Notes: generated by a model not told the origin, from the letters alone. Positions 46,376 to 56,177 are shown, numbered from the stretch's first letter. The stretch is DNA of 64,000 nt from an uncultured delta proteobacterium (GCA_963711565.1 CAVQEQ010000003.1:480001-544000); one strand, 5' to 3'. Translations and numbers: made by a program.

Positions 46376-47419
46376 ATGCGTTCATCTTTGAAACTGGTTT
46401 CGGATGGCGCCGCGCTCGACGGGAGCCGTCCGTTCTCTCATGATTCGTCCGACGATCGTCTGTTCGACGCCTACTCTCGCGCCGTGACGGGCGCCGCCGA
46501 GTCCGTCAGTCCGGCGGTGGTGAATATCGAGGTGGCTCATGCGACTGGACCGCGGAGCAATCCGCACAATCCCGACGCGCCGGCAGGCAGCGGTTCGGGG
46601 TTCATCGTCGCGCCCGACGGCTACATCATTACAAACAGCCACGTCGTCCATCACGCGTCGCGAATCTCGGTCACGCTTTCCGACGGCCGCAAATCGGAAG
46701 CGGAACTAATTGGAGACGATCCGGAAACCGATCTCGCGGTGATTCGAATCAGCGGATCGAACCTGGCGGCGGTGTCTCTCGGCGACTCGCAGGCGATTCG
46801 GGTCGGGGAGCTCGCGATCGCGATTGGAAATCCGTACGGCTTCCAATGCACCGTGACTGCGGGCGTGGTGAGCGCGCTCGGACGATCGTTGCGCGCGGGA
46901 TCTGGGCGCTTGATCGACAACGTGATCCAAACAGACGCGGCACTGAATCCCGGCAACTCGGGCGGACCGCTGGTCAACTCTCGCGGCAAGGTTATCGGCG
47001 TCAATACAGCGATCATCTTGCCGGCGCAGGGAATCTGCTTCGCGATCGCGATCAACAGCGCGAAGCTGGTCGCGGGGCATCTGATCAAGGACGGCAAGAT
47101 CAGCCGCGGCTATATCGGAATCGCGGGGCACAACGTCGAGCTGCCGCGGCGCTTCGTGCGGTTCTATCGGCTGCCGGCGGAAACGGCGGTGCGAGTCGCG
47201 TCGGTCGAGGCGAACAGTCCGGCGGCGGCCGGCGGAATCAAGGAAGGCGACCTGATGATTCGGCTCGGCGACTCGCCGATCGCAGGCATCGACGATTTGC
47301 AGCGGCACCTCACAATGAACCAGGTGGGAGTGCGCACGCCGGTCGCGGTGATTCGCGGGACCGAACAGATGACGCTCGAAGTGGTTCCGGCGGAAGCGGC
47401 GCACAAATCGCGCGAGTGA
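46376..47419 (+). CDS. HtrA/DegS-like trypsin serine protease with one PDZ domain
   Basis: GSGSGF, TNSHVV, DLAV, QTDAALNPGNSGGPL. AGGAG SD before ATG 46376. Confidence 0.93.
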   Translation: MRSSLKLVSDGAALDGSRPFSHDSSDDRLFDAYSRAVTGAAESVSPAVVNIEVAHATGPRSNPHNPDAPAGSGSGFIVAPDGYIITNSHVVHHASRISVTLSDGRKSEAELIGDDPETDLAVIRISGSNLAAVSLGDSQAIRVGELAIAIGNPYGFQCTVTAGVVSALGRSLRAGSGRLIDNVIQTDAALNPGNSGGPLVNSRGKVIGVNTAIILPAQGICFAIAINSAKLVAGHLIKDGKISRGYIGIAGHNVELPRRFVRFYRLPAETAVRVASVEANSPAAAGGIKEGDLMIRLGDSPIAGIDDLQRHLTMNQVGVRTPVAVIRGTEQMTLEVVPAEAAHKSRE

Positions 47420-47780
47420 GGTCTGCGGCGTTTCGCGCTTTGGCGCCGGCATCGGTGGGAATAATTTTCCTGGCGAGATGCCCAATGCTTTGCGTAACGC
47501 AGTGTGTAACTCAGCATCGCTGGGTGTCGCGTTGCTGGTCCCTGGATTGCTTGATTTGCCACGATGCCGGGCGGGACGCCAGAATGTGAGATGGTTTTAA
47601 GGCAAACTCAAGAGAGTTTGCGTGCTATGAAACTGCACATCGTCAATTATCAGCTGCAGCTCCTGCTGTTGTCCTTGAGAAATCCTGTAGAAAATTCCGA
47701 CACACCGCGGCACGACGATATAGGCTCGAGCTCCCGCAGTGTTCCGGTACGGAAGCCGCGCGACTGAGACTTAATATAAT

Positions 47781-47850
47781 GTGAAACCCGCGGTGGGTTT
47801 CACGCTTCCTTCGGCAGGAGTGACCCCTGCACCCGGTGTTAAAAGAAGAG
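47781..47850 (+). repeat. Two-hairpin intergenic repeat, copy 2
   Basis: GTGAAACCC-GCGGT-GGGTTTCAC GCTTCCTTCG GCAGGAG-TGA-CCCCTGC ACCCGGTGTTAAAAGAAGAG. Confidence 0.9.
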
Positions 47851-47857
47851 CGACGTG

Positions 47858-49564
47858 TTATCCCATCGGGCCCTGGTAGACCTCGGCGAAGCGCATGCCG
47901 AGTTCGCCGGGGATCGCGAGGTTGGCGTCGCGATTCGTTTTCAGGCAGATGACCGCGGGACCGTCGGCGGCCTGCGCATCCTTTAACGCCGCGTCGAGAT
48001 CTTCGATCCTATCGACGTAGAACGATTTGCAGCCGAGGCCCTCGGCGACTTTGTCCCATCGCACTGTGCCCATCTCGGTGCCGAAGGTCTTGCCCCAGAG
48101 GCGGCGTTCGTTCGGCTCTTCCATGGTCCATGAACCTTCGGCGAAGACGATGACCCTGACTTTCAGGCCTTCGCGCGCCGCCGTTTGCATCTCCATGAAG
48201 TTGAAGCCCGCGGCGCCGTCGCCGCTGACGCAAACGACTTCGCGCGAGGGGTTGCCGAGTTTCGCGCCGATCGACGAAGGGATTCCGGTGCCGAGCATCC
48301 CGAGCTCTAGGATGTTCAGGAACGACCGCGGCTTGGTCGATGGAAGAAACCAGAGCGACCACAACGAGGTGTTGCCGCCGTCGGCGACGTAGATACTGTC
48401 GGGGCCGAACACCTTGCCGATTTTTTCGATCGCTTGCGCCGGATGGATTCCCGGTCCGCTCCACTTCGCGACCGAGGCGAAACGCTTCTCGCGCCATTCG
48501 TGAGCGGTCTGCCGATAGCGCGCCATATCTTCGCCGTTTTTGGGCTGGGCGCGTTTCGTCTTGAGCACACGCAGCAAGCCTTCGAGCGCGCTCTTCGCGT
48601 CGGCGACAATCGCGAGTGCGAGCGGGCGCGTGACGCCCATGTTGCGCTGATCAATGTCCACCTGGATGAGTTTCTGATTGGAGGGGTCGCCCCAGTACTT
48701 GTCGTAGGGAATGTCGAGGTTGCCCATCCGCGAGCCGGCGACGAGGATCACGTCGGACTCGCGGCGCGCGAGGTCGGCGGCAATTCCGTAGCCGTAGAGA
48801 AAGTTCGGATGGTCCATCGGCACCGACGAGCGCGCGGCAATCGAACTGATGACCGGACAGTTGAGCAGATCGACGACGGCTAGGAGCGCCTCGTTGGCGC
48901 CGGCGCGATCGACTCCGCCGCCCGAGATCACGAGAGGCCGCTTCGCCGCTATGAGCATCGCGGCGGCCTCTTCGAGCTGCGCCTCCGACGCGCGCGGACC
49001 CGATGCGCGGTATTCATTCGGCTTGAGCACGCGGACTTTGGTGTCGTCGCCCGTCGCGTACATGATGGGCGCGGGAATCTCGATATGAATCGGGCCGGGC
49101 CTGCCGGTCCACATCTCGCGAAACGCAATGCGCATCACTTCGGGGATTCGATCCCACGACAGAATCGGACCGCTCCATTTCACGACGGGCTTGAAGATTT
49201 CGAGCTGGTCCTGTCCCTGGAAGGTCGAGGGCGGCGACGGATAAACGATGCCGAGGCGATGCTGCGCGGTGATGACGACGACGGGCACGCCCTCGTGGCG
49301 CGCGGTGATCACGCCGGGCAGAAGATTCGCGGAGCCGGGGCCTGGATTGCCGAGCACGGCGGCGACCTGGCCGGTCGTCTTGTACAGCCCCTCCGCCATG
49401 TGGACGGCGGCGGCCTCGTGACGGATGGGCACGAGTCGCACGTCGTACTCCGCGAGCTTGGCGAGCAGCGGATCGACCTCGGGACAAGGGAGGCCGAAGA
49501 CGAACTTGACACCCTCGGCAACGAGACATCGCAGCAGCAGTTCGGCACCTGTGATTTCGCTCAT
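47858..49564 (-). CDS. Thiamine pyrophosphate-binding enzyme (acetolactate synthase-like superfamily)
   Basis: IRHEAAAVHMAEG, GPGSAN, GRPGPIHIEIP, SGDGAAGF. GGAGG SD before ATG 49564. Confidence 0.92.
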   Translation of the reverse strand: MSEITGAELLLRCLVAEGVKFVFGLPCPEVDPLLAKLAEYDVRLVPIRHEAAAVHMAEGLYKTTGQVAAVLGNPGPGSANLLPGVITARHEGVPVVVITAQHRLGIVYPSPPSTFQGQDQLEIFKPVVKWSGPILSWDRIPEVMRIAFREMWTGRPGPIHIEIPAPIMYATGDDTKVRVLKPNEYRASGPRASEAQLEEAAAMLIAAKRPLVISGGGVDRAGANEALLAVVDLLNCPVISSIAARSSVPMDHPNFLYGYGIAADLARRESDVILVAGSRMGNLDIPYDKYWGDPSNQKLIQVDIDQRNMGVTRPLALAIVADAKSALEGLLRVLKTKRAQPKNGEDMARYRQTAHEWREKRFASVAKWSGPGIHPAQAIEKIGKVFGPDSIYVADGGNTSLWSLWFLPSTKPRSFLNILELGMLGTGIPSSIGAKLGNPSREVVCVSGDGAAGFNFMEMQTAAREGLKVRVIVFAEGSWTMEEPNERRLWGKTFGTEMGTVRWDKVAEGLGCKSFYVDRIEDLDAALKDAQAADGPAVICLKTNRDANLAIPGELGMRFAEVYQGPMG

Positions 49565-49671
49565 AACGTCCTCCGGTGAGACCAATTCGGACACTACGCT
49601 CGCTGCCAAACCGGGAGCAAGCCGCGCGTCGCTGATGGAATCGACGTTCCTCCACCTGCTAGTTTGCGTGC

Positions 49672-51192
49672 ATGTCAACCGAGCCACCAGTCGCTGGAGC
49701 CGAAGGAGCATTGAATCGAGGCGCGCGCGAAGCCCTGATTTACGCGGTGCTACTCAGCGCTGCAGTTTTTCTCTATTTGATCATCCGCAAGTATGGCGAC
49801 CAGCTAGCGCAACCCACTCGAGCCGCCGCGCAACTTGGCGTCGCCGCGGCCGGCCCTCCGGGCGGCCATGACGCCGACGTGATGGTTCATATTTTGCTGG
49901 CGCTGTCGGTGGTGATCGCGTGCGCGCGCCTGGGCGGAATGCTTTTTCGATTCCTGCATCAGCCCGCGGTGGTGGGCGAGATCGTCGCGGGCATCATGCT
50001 CGGTCCGTCGCTGCTGGGACACGTCTGGCCAGGGGCGTTCGCGTATCTGCTGCCGCCGACGGTGGCGCCATTTCTGGACGTACTCGCGCAGCTCGGCATT
50101 ATCCTCTACATGTTTTTGGTCGGTCTCGAACTCGACCCTGTGCAGGTGGCGCGGCACGGGCGAGCCGCGGTTGCGATCTCGCACGCCAGTATCGTCACGC
50201 CGTTCTTGCTCGGCACCCTGCTAGCGTTGCTGCTCTATCCGGAGGTTGCCGCGGCCGGAATTCCGTTTACGGGTTTTTCGCTCTTCATCGGCGTCTCGAT
50301 GTCGGTGACGGCGTTCCCCGTGCTGTCGCGGATTCTGACCGACCTCGGCATCAACAAGACGCCGCTGGGGGTAACGGCCCTGACGAGCGCCGCGGTAGAT
50401 GACGTGACCGCATGGTGCCTGCTGGCGGTGGTGGTTGGCGTGGTCGGGGCGCATGGGTCCGAGAGCGTGATCACCGTGGCGATGGCGGTCGCTTACATCG
50501 TGCTGATGACTGTGCTCGTCCGGCCAACGGTCGGGCGGCTGACGATCCGGCAGGAAACCAGCGGGCACCTGACGCAGGGGATGATGGCGATTGTTTTTGT
50601 CCTGTTGCTGCTGTCGGCGCTGACCACGGATCTTATCGGCATTCACGCGATGTTCGGCGCGTTCGCGCTCGGCGCGATCATTCCGTCGGACAGCAAGCTC
50701 GCGCACGACATGACGGATCGGCTCGAAGACGTGCTGGTGGTGCTGCTGCTGCCGACGTTTTTCGCTTTGACCGGGCTTCGCACTGAAATTGGCCTCGTGA
50801 GCGGGTTGCACGAATGGATGCTGTGCGGGCTGATCATCGCGGTTGCGTCGATCGGCAAGTTCGGCGGCAGTTTCGTAGCCGCGCGGCTGACGGGATCGAG
50901 CTGGCGCGATGCGTCTGCGATAGGCGTGCTGATGAACACGCGCGGACTGGCGGAATTGATCGTGCTCAACATCGGCCTGCAGTTGCGAGTCATCAACCCC
51001 AGAGTGTTCGCGATGCTGGTGGTTATGTCGCTGGTCACTACGCTCGCGACCAGTCCCATACTTCGCCTGATCAGGGGCAAGGAGGTCGCTGCCGCGCCGT
51101 CCGAAGGCGGGGTCTCGTGGATGGGGCGGTTGCGGATGGCGCTGCACAAACCAGTGGAGATAAGCCGGCGCTCGCTTCACGAAAATACATAA
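49672..51192 (+). CDS. Cation:proton antiporter (CPA2/Kef-like)
   Basis: QPAVVGEIVAGIMLGPSLLG, SVTAFPVL, AAVDD, LMNTRGL. Confidence 0.92.
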   Translation: MSTEPPVAGAEGALNRGAREALIYAVLLSAAVFLYLIIRKYGDQLAQPTRAAAQLGVAAAGPPGGHDADVMVHILLALSVVIACARLGGMLFRFLHQPAVVGEIVAGIMLGPSLLGHVWPGAFAYLLPPTVAPFLDVLAQLGIILYMFLVGLELDPVQVARHGRAAVAISHASIVTPFLLGTLLALLLYPEVAAAGIPFTGFSLFIGVSMSVTAFPVLSRILTDLGINKTPLGVTALTSAAVDDVTAWCLLAVVVGVVGAHGSESVITVAMAVAYIVLMTVLVRPTVGRLTIRQETSGHLTQGMMAIVFVLLLLSALTTDLIGIHAMFGAFALGAIIPSDSKLAHDMTDRLEDVLVVLLLPTFFALTGLRTEIGLVSGLHEWMLCGLIIAVASIGKFGGSFVAARLTGSSWRDASAIGVLMNTRGLAELIVLNIGLQLRVINPRVFAMLVVMSLVTTLATSPILRLIRGKEVAAAPSEGGVSWMGRLRMALHKPVEISRRSLHENT

Positions 51193-51247
51193 TCGCCGAA
51201 GCCAATTTCACTCAGGTGGATCGGCTCGCCCCTGCTACAATGGTTGA

Positions 51248-52297
51248 GTGGCCGAGCTTGACGTAATCTTCGCGCCGGCGCTTGCTCCTGACGATCTCGT
51301 CGGCCTCGAGTTGCACTTGCTCGACGCGGTCGCGAGGCGCGAGACGGCGCCGGTCCTGCTCATCTATGCATCGCCGGGGCGAGCGATCTCGATTGGGCAC
51401 TATCATCTATATGGCGGGCCCGCGGAGCGCGACGGAATAAACGTGATGCGGCGTCTGACGGGTGGCCGCGTCGTTGGCGCGGGACAGGGATGGCTCGGGC
51501 TGGCGCTGATTCTGCCGACGCGCACCGCGTTGCTGAAGGAAGACGTCACGCGACTGAAACCTGACCAGATTATGAATCGATACGCGCGCGGCCTGCTCAG
51601 TGGGATGCGCGCGCTTGGGGTCGATTGTTTCTACCCCGGCCGTGACGCGATAACGTTTGAGCAGCGCGAGCTTGCGATGTGCACTTTCGAGACTGACGCG
51701 GCGGGTGCGATGCTGTTCGAGGCGTCGATCGCGCACAATCGCGGGATGGAAGAACTCGTGCACGATTTGGAACGTATCGACCCGGACGGCGCGCTTTCAT
51801 GCCGCATGTATGACGCCGCGACCGCGACCAAGGTGGTGCGCGAATTGGATCGCGATATTACTTTCGACGAGATCGCCGATGCGATCGCGTCGGGCTACCG
51901 CGGTTCGCTCGGCGAGACTCGGCGGCGCGAGTTGACGGCGATAGAAACCGCGCAGGCGCAGTACCGCGGGCGTGCAATTGCGGCCTCAAACTGGTTACGC
52001 GGGCCAGTCGCGGGACCGTCGATGACGCTGAGGAATCGGATCGCGTCGCAACTCGGCGCGATCGAGGCCGCGGTAGCTCTCGGAGACGACAAGACAATCG
52101 AAACGATCCGGCTGAGCGGAGATTTTATCGCCAACTCGCCGGCGATCGCGGAACTCGAGAGCGAGCTTCGCGGGCGCACGCTCGACCTGCCGTCGATCTC
52201 TCATGCCGTCACGAAGACATTCGGGCATGACGGAAATTTTTTTCTTGGCGCGAGCGAGTTGTCCAATCTCGCACGGCTGATCGCGGGTGTGAATTGA
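51248..52297 (+). CDS. Lipoate-protein ligase-like protein (BPL/LplA fold plus C-terminal domain)
   Basis: ISIG, RRLTGGRVV motif and C-terminal IRLSGDF...ELESELRG. The catalytic Lys is not evident. Confidence 0.75.
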   Translation: MAELDVIFAPALAPDDLVGLELHLLDAVARRETAPVLLIYASPGRAISIGHYHLYGGPAERDGINVMRRLTGGRVVGAGQGWLGLALILPTRTALLKEDVTRLKPDQIMNRYARGLLSGMRALGVDCFYPGRDAITFEQRELAMCTFETDAAGAMLFEASIAHNRGMEELVHDLERIDPDGALSCRMYDAATATKVVRELDRDITFDEIADAIASGYRGSLGETRRRELTAIETAQAQYRGRAIAASNWLRGPVAGPSMTLRNRIASQLGAIEAAVALGDDKTIETIRLSGDFIANSPAIAELESELRGRTLDLPSISHAVTKTFGHDGNFFLGASELSNLARLIAGVN

Positions 52298-53028
52298 AAG
52301 CATCGGATGACAGCGCTGCGCCTTCGGTCGAGAGTCTGATTGGCGAACTTGGCGACGCGCACAAAACCGTTCAGCGCCGCGCGATCGATGAACTCGTCGC
52401 GATAGCAGGGTCAGGCGACCCGATCGTCGTTGAAAAACTTCGCGAGTCGATCACCAGCGACGACCGGCGCGTGCGATGGGCGGCGGCGTATGCGCTCGGA
52501 CAAATCGGTGCGACTGCGTTTGCAATGGATTCCGCGGACGCGCTGTGCGAGGCGATGGCCGACGACGACGGCGATATCAGGTGGGCGGCGACCAACCTGA
52601 TGGTACGGCTCGGGCGTGAAAACCTCGGGGAGATTGGCGCGCGCCTGCTCAGGCTCGCAAGCGGCAGCGATCGCAATGCGCGCAAGATGGCGCTCTACTG
52701 TATTCGCGACCTTGAAATAGCCGGTCCCGAGCTGCTCGCCGTCGTTGGCATCGCGGTCCGCGACCCGGATGTTCACGTGCGGCTGGCGGCCGTGTCAGTG
52801 CTGTCGCGGATTCGCGATGCGTCGGGCGAGGCGGTGAGAATAATGCTCGAATGCCTCAAGTCCGATTCCGATGCGGGCGTGCGGCGAGCCGCGGCCTCGG
52901 CCCTTGGCAATATTCATAGCGCAAGCGCGGACGCTAGGGCCGCGCTCGCATCGGCGGCGGCCGACCCCGCCGACGAGTCACTGGCGCGAGCCGCACGCGG
53001 TGCGCTCGACCGGCTGGAGAAACGATGA
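52294..53028 (+). CDS. HEAT-repeat protein
   Basis: Repeated D.D..VR.AAA.ALG units. Confidence 0.88.
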   Translation: MKASDDSAAPSVESLIGELGDAHKTVQRRAIDELVAIAGSGDPIVVEKLRESITSDDRRVRWAAAYALGQIGATAFAMDSADALCEAMADDDGDIRWAATNLMVRLGRENLGEIGARLLRLASGSDRNARKMALYCIRDLEIAGPELLAVVGIAVRDPDVHVRLAAVSVLSRIRDASGEAVRIMLECLKSDSDAGVRRAAASALGNIHSASADARAALASAAADPADESLARAARGALDRLEKR

Positions 53029-53522
53029 TGGCCACGACACCACAACCGATACCCGATTCTGCGAACGATCCCGCTACCCGATTCGCCGAACCGCACGTGC
53101 GTGAGTTCGTAACCGCCGCGCGCCTGGCGCATCTGGCGACCGCCGACGACAGCGGCGCTCCACACAACGTACCGCTCTGCTACTGGTTCGACGGCGAACG
53201 CATCTACTTCGCGATCGACGAGAAGCCCAAGCGCCACACGGGCCTGGCGCTCAAGCGGATGCGCAATATCGCGCAGAATCCGCGCGTCGCCGTCGTGATC
53301 GATCATTATGAAGAAGACTGGTCGCAGCTCGCGTACGTGCTGATTCGCGGTAACGCCCAAGTGGTCGACGACCCCGAAGAGTACCTGGTCGCCATGCGGC
53401 ATCTGCGCGACAAATACGTGCAGTATCGCGCGATGAGCCTGACGCCGGAGAAAAATCCAATCGTGAAGATCGATCCGGAGAGCGTGCACGTGTGGGGCGC
53501 ACGTTTCATGGCGGATTCATGA
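53025..53522 (+). CDS. PPOX-class (pyridoxamine 5'-phosphate oxidase-like, possibly F420-dependent) oxidoreductase
   Basis: ARLAHLATAD...PH.VP, IDEKPK, RNIAQNPRVAVVIDHYEEDWSQL. Confidence 0.88.
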   Translation: MMATTPQPIPDSANDPATRFAEPHVREFVTAARLAHLATADDSGAPHNVPLCYWFDGERIYFAIDEKPKRHTGLALKRMRNIAQNPRVAVVIDHYEEDWSQLAYVLIRGNAQVVDDPEEYLVAMRHLRDKYVQYRAMSLTPEKNPIVKIDPESVHVWGARFMADS

Positions 53523-54706
53523 CGGCGCAGTTCGATGAAATTGCGCACGCGCTTGGCGATACGCGACTTGACGGATGGCTGTTCTATGACTTCCGGCTGA
53601 GCGACCCGCTCGCTTATCGAATTCTCGGATTGTCGGAAGATGGTATCGCGACGCGGCGATGGTTCTGCTTCGTGCCGGCGCACGGCAGGCCGCGGGCGAT
53701 AGTTTCGGCAGTCGAGGCGCATCGGCTCGACGCGCTCGGCGTTGAGAAGATCGTCTATCGCTCGCACGACGAGATGATCGCGGCCTTGCGCACCGTGCTC
53801 GGCGGCGCGCGGCGAATCGCGATGGACTACTCGCCTGGATGCGCGATTCCGTACGTCTCGCGCGTCGATGCGGGCACGGTCGAAATCGTGCGCGCGATGA
53901 ACATCGAGGTCGTCACGGCGGCCGATCTGATCCAGCGATTCGAGGCGACATTGACGCGCGAGCAGCTCGGGAGCCATCAGCGTGCCGCGCGGGCGCTTCG
54001 AGCGATCGTCGATGAGACCTTCAGGGAGATTGCGCAGTTGATTTCGGCAGATCGTGCGGTCAGCGAAGTCTCGGTGCAAGAATCGGTGATGGCGCGGTTC
54101 GCCGCGCGAGGTCTCGTGACGCACGCGCCGCCGATCGTCGCCGTCAATGAACATAGCGCCGATCCGCACTACGGCCCGACGCCGAAGCACGACCGCGCGA
54201 TCCGGCGCACAGATTTTATCCTGCTCGACCTGTGGGCGAAGGAGTCGGCGCCCGACAGTATTTACGCCGACTTCACCTGGGTTGCGTTCGCAGGAGACAG
54301 GGTTCCAGAAGAGCACGCGCGTATTTTCAACATTGTCGCGGATGCGCGCGACGCAACGGTAGATTTGGTGCAGCGTCGGGTCGCTGCGGGCGAGCCGGTT
54401 AGTGGCCGTGAAGCTGATCGCGCAGCGCGTTCGGTAATCGAGGCGGCCGGCTTCGGTGAGAAGTTTGTACATCGCACGGGCCATTCGATCGGCCGCGAAG
54501 TGCATGGCACCGGCGCGAATCTCGACTCGCTCGAGACGCTGGACGATCGCACGCTTATCGACCACACATGCTTTTCGGTCGAGCCGGGAATTTATCTGCC
54601 GGGAAAATTCGGCGTGCGCAGCGAACTCGATATGACGATCGAAGACGGGCGTGCGCTGGTCAGCGGTGAGCCGCGCCAGCGCGAGATCGTCGCGATCCTC
54701 GCTTAA
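53519..54706 (+). CDS. M24 family metallopeptidase (Xaa-Pro peptidase-like)
   Basis: ADPHY, LLDLW, YADFT, HRTGHSIG, SVEPGIY, GVRSE. Confidence 0.92.
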   Translation: MTAQFDEIAHALGDTRLDGWLFYDFRLSDPLAYRILGLSEDGIATRRWFCFVPAHGRPRAIVSAVEAHRLDALGVEKIVYRSHDEMIAALRTVLGGARRIAMDYSPGCAIPYVSRVDAGTVEIVRAMNIEVVTAADLIQRFEATLTREQLGSHQRAARALRAIVDETFREIAQLISADRAVSEVSVQESVMARFAARGLVTHAPPIVAVNEHSADPHYGPTPKHDRAIRRTDFILLDLWAKESAPDSIYADFTWVAFAGDRVPEEHARIFNIVADARDATVDLVQRRVAAGEPVSGREADRAARSVIEAAGFGEKFVHRTGHSIGREVHGTGANLDSLETLDDRTLIDHTCFSVEPGIYLPGKFGVRSELDMTIEDGRALVSGEPRQREIVAILA

Positions 54707-54712
54707 TTAAAT

Positions 54713-54774
54713 GTGAACCCCCCGGTGGGTTTCACGCTTCCTTCGGCAGGGCTGAGCCCTGCAGCCAGTGTTAA
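54713..54774 (+). repeat. Two-hairpin intergenic repeat, copy 3
   Basis: GTGAACCCC-CCGGT-GGGTTTCAC GCTTCCTTCG GCAGGGC-TGA-GCCCTGC AGCCAGTGTTAA. Confidence 0.88.
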
Positions 54775-54798
54775 GCGGCTTCCAAAGCAGAGCGGGGC

Positions 54799-55506
54799 AT
54801 GCAAAAAATCGCGGGGATGATTCGCGCTGTTATATTCGATCTCGACGGGACGCTCGTTGATACCGAGCCGTTGCATTTCGCGGCCTTCAATGAAGTCTTG
54901 CGCCCTGACGGAATCGAAATCGGTTTCGACGACTACACAGCGCGGCTGATTGGGCTCAATGATCGCGATTGCTTCTCGACCGTGCTGCGCGAGAATCGCA
55001 AGGATGCCGGCGAAGAGCACGTCGCGAAGTTGATTGCGCGGAAGACCGCCGTCTACCAGGCGGCGATCGCGGAGCGGGACGTGCTCTATCAGGGCGCGGA
55101 GAAGTTCGTGCGCGATTGTGCGCGGCGGTTTCCGCTGATGATTGTGACCGGCACCCTGCGCGTCGAGGCTGAAACGATTTTGCGGCACGCCGGACTGCGC
55201 GAATTGTTTCTCGATATTATCGCCGCTGAGGATGTCGAGCGCGGCAAGCCTGAGCCCGACGGTTTTATCGCGGCGCTCGGGCGTATCGGCTATATCCTGC
55301 GGCAGCGCGATCCGGTGCTGGCGGATGAATGCCTGGCGGTCGAGGACACGCAAGCCGGAATCGACGCGGCGCATCGCGCGGGCATGAAGGTGCTGGCGCT
55401 ATGCCACATGGCGCCGGCGAGCGAGCTGGCGGCGGCGGACGTCGTGCGCGCTTCGATTTCCAATCTGGATCTCGACGACGTAATCCACGCGCTCAGGGGG
55501 CGATGA
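54799..55506 (+). CDS. HAD-family phosphatase (beta-phosphoglucomutase-like)
   Basis: FDLDGTLVDTE, GKPEPD, VEDTQAGIDAA. Confidence 0.92.
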   Translation: MQKIAGMIRAVIFDLDGTLVDTEPLHFAAFNEVLRPDGIEIGFDDYTARLIGLNDRDCFSTVLRENRKDAGEEHVAKLIARKTAVYQAAIAERDVLYQGAEKFVRDCARRFPLMIVTGTLRVEAETILRHAGLRELFLDIIAAEDVERGKPEPDGFIAALGRIGYILRQRDPVLADECLAVEDTQAGIDAAHRAGMKVLALCHMAPASELAAADVVRASISNLDLDDVIHALRGR

Positions 55507-56177
55507 TGGCGGCGAAGCTCTACCAGTTTCTCGGCAGCCCATTCTGCGCCAAGGTGCGCAAGCTGCTCGCGTTCAAGGGCGTCGAGTTCGAAGTGGTCGA
55601 GGTTGACTACCTCGAGCGCAAGGAATTGCTGCTGGCGTCGGGACAGTTGACGGTGCCGGCGGTCACGCTCGATAACGGCGAGACGATCGTCGATTCGGCG
55701 CGGATCGCGATGCGTCTCGAGGAGCTTTATCCCGAGCCGACGATTTTTCCCGCAGGATGGCGCGGGATGCATGTCGCGCTCGCCGACTATATCGACAACC
55801 ATCTCGAAGAGAAGGTATATCCGCTCGCGCTCGCCGACGAGCTCGCATACTACAGCAAGCAAGGTGCGGATCGCGGGGCGCTCTGGCGGTTTATCCGCGA
55901 GCGCAAGTTCGGCAAAGGTTTCGTCGATCGGACTATCGCGGATCAATCGGCCAATTGGGAGCGCTTCCGCAACGCTCTCGCGCCGTTCGAGGAGCAACTC
56001 GGCAACGTACCGTTTCTCACCGGCAGGATTGGCCTGGCGGACTTCGCGCTATACGGGCAGTTGTTCTACCTGGCGTTCACGGGCGATCTGAAAATTCCGG
56101 CCGAGATGAAAAATCTGCGGGCGTTTTTTGGGCGCGTCGAGCGGATCAGTTCGATCGTCGAGGAAACAGGATCGTGA
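55503..56177 (+). CDS. Glutathione S-transferase family protein
   Basis: SPFCAKVR, TVPAV, DSARI, LADFALYG. Confidence 0.9.
   Translation: MMAAKLYQFLGSPFCAKVRKLLAFKGVEFEVVEVDYLERKELLLASGQLTVPAVTLDNGETIVDSARIAMRLEELYPEPTIFPAGWRGMHVALADYIDNHLEEKVYPLALADELAYYSKQGADRGALWRFIRERKFGKGFVDRTIADQSANWERFRNALAPFEEQLGNVPFLTGRIGLADFALYGQLFYLAFTGDLKIPAEMKNLRAFFGRVERISSIVEETGS

Noticed and set aside
49565-49671. TPP riboswitch upstream of the TPP-binding enzyme
   Set aside because: The short divergent intergenic region lacks the CUGAGA and associated TPP-aptamer signatures.
40256-54774. Repeat copies as a CRISPR array or tRNAs
   Set aside because: Copies are kilobases apart with no spacers, no cas genes and no cloverleaf, T-loop or CCA features.
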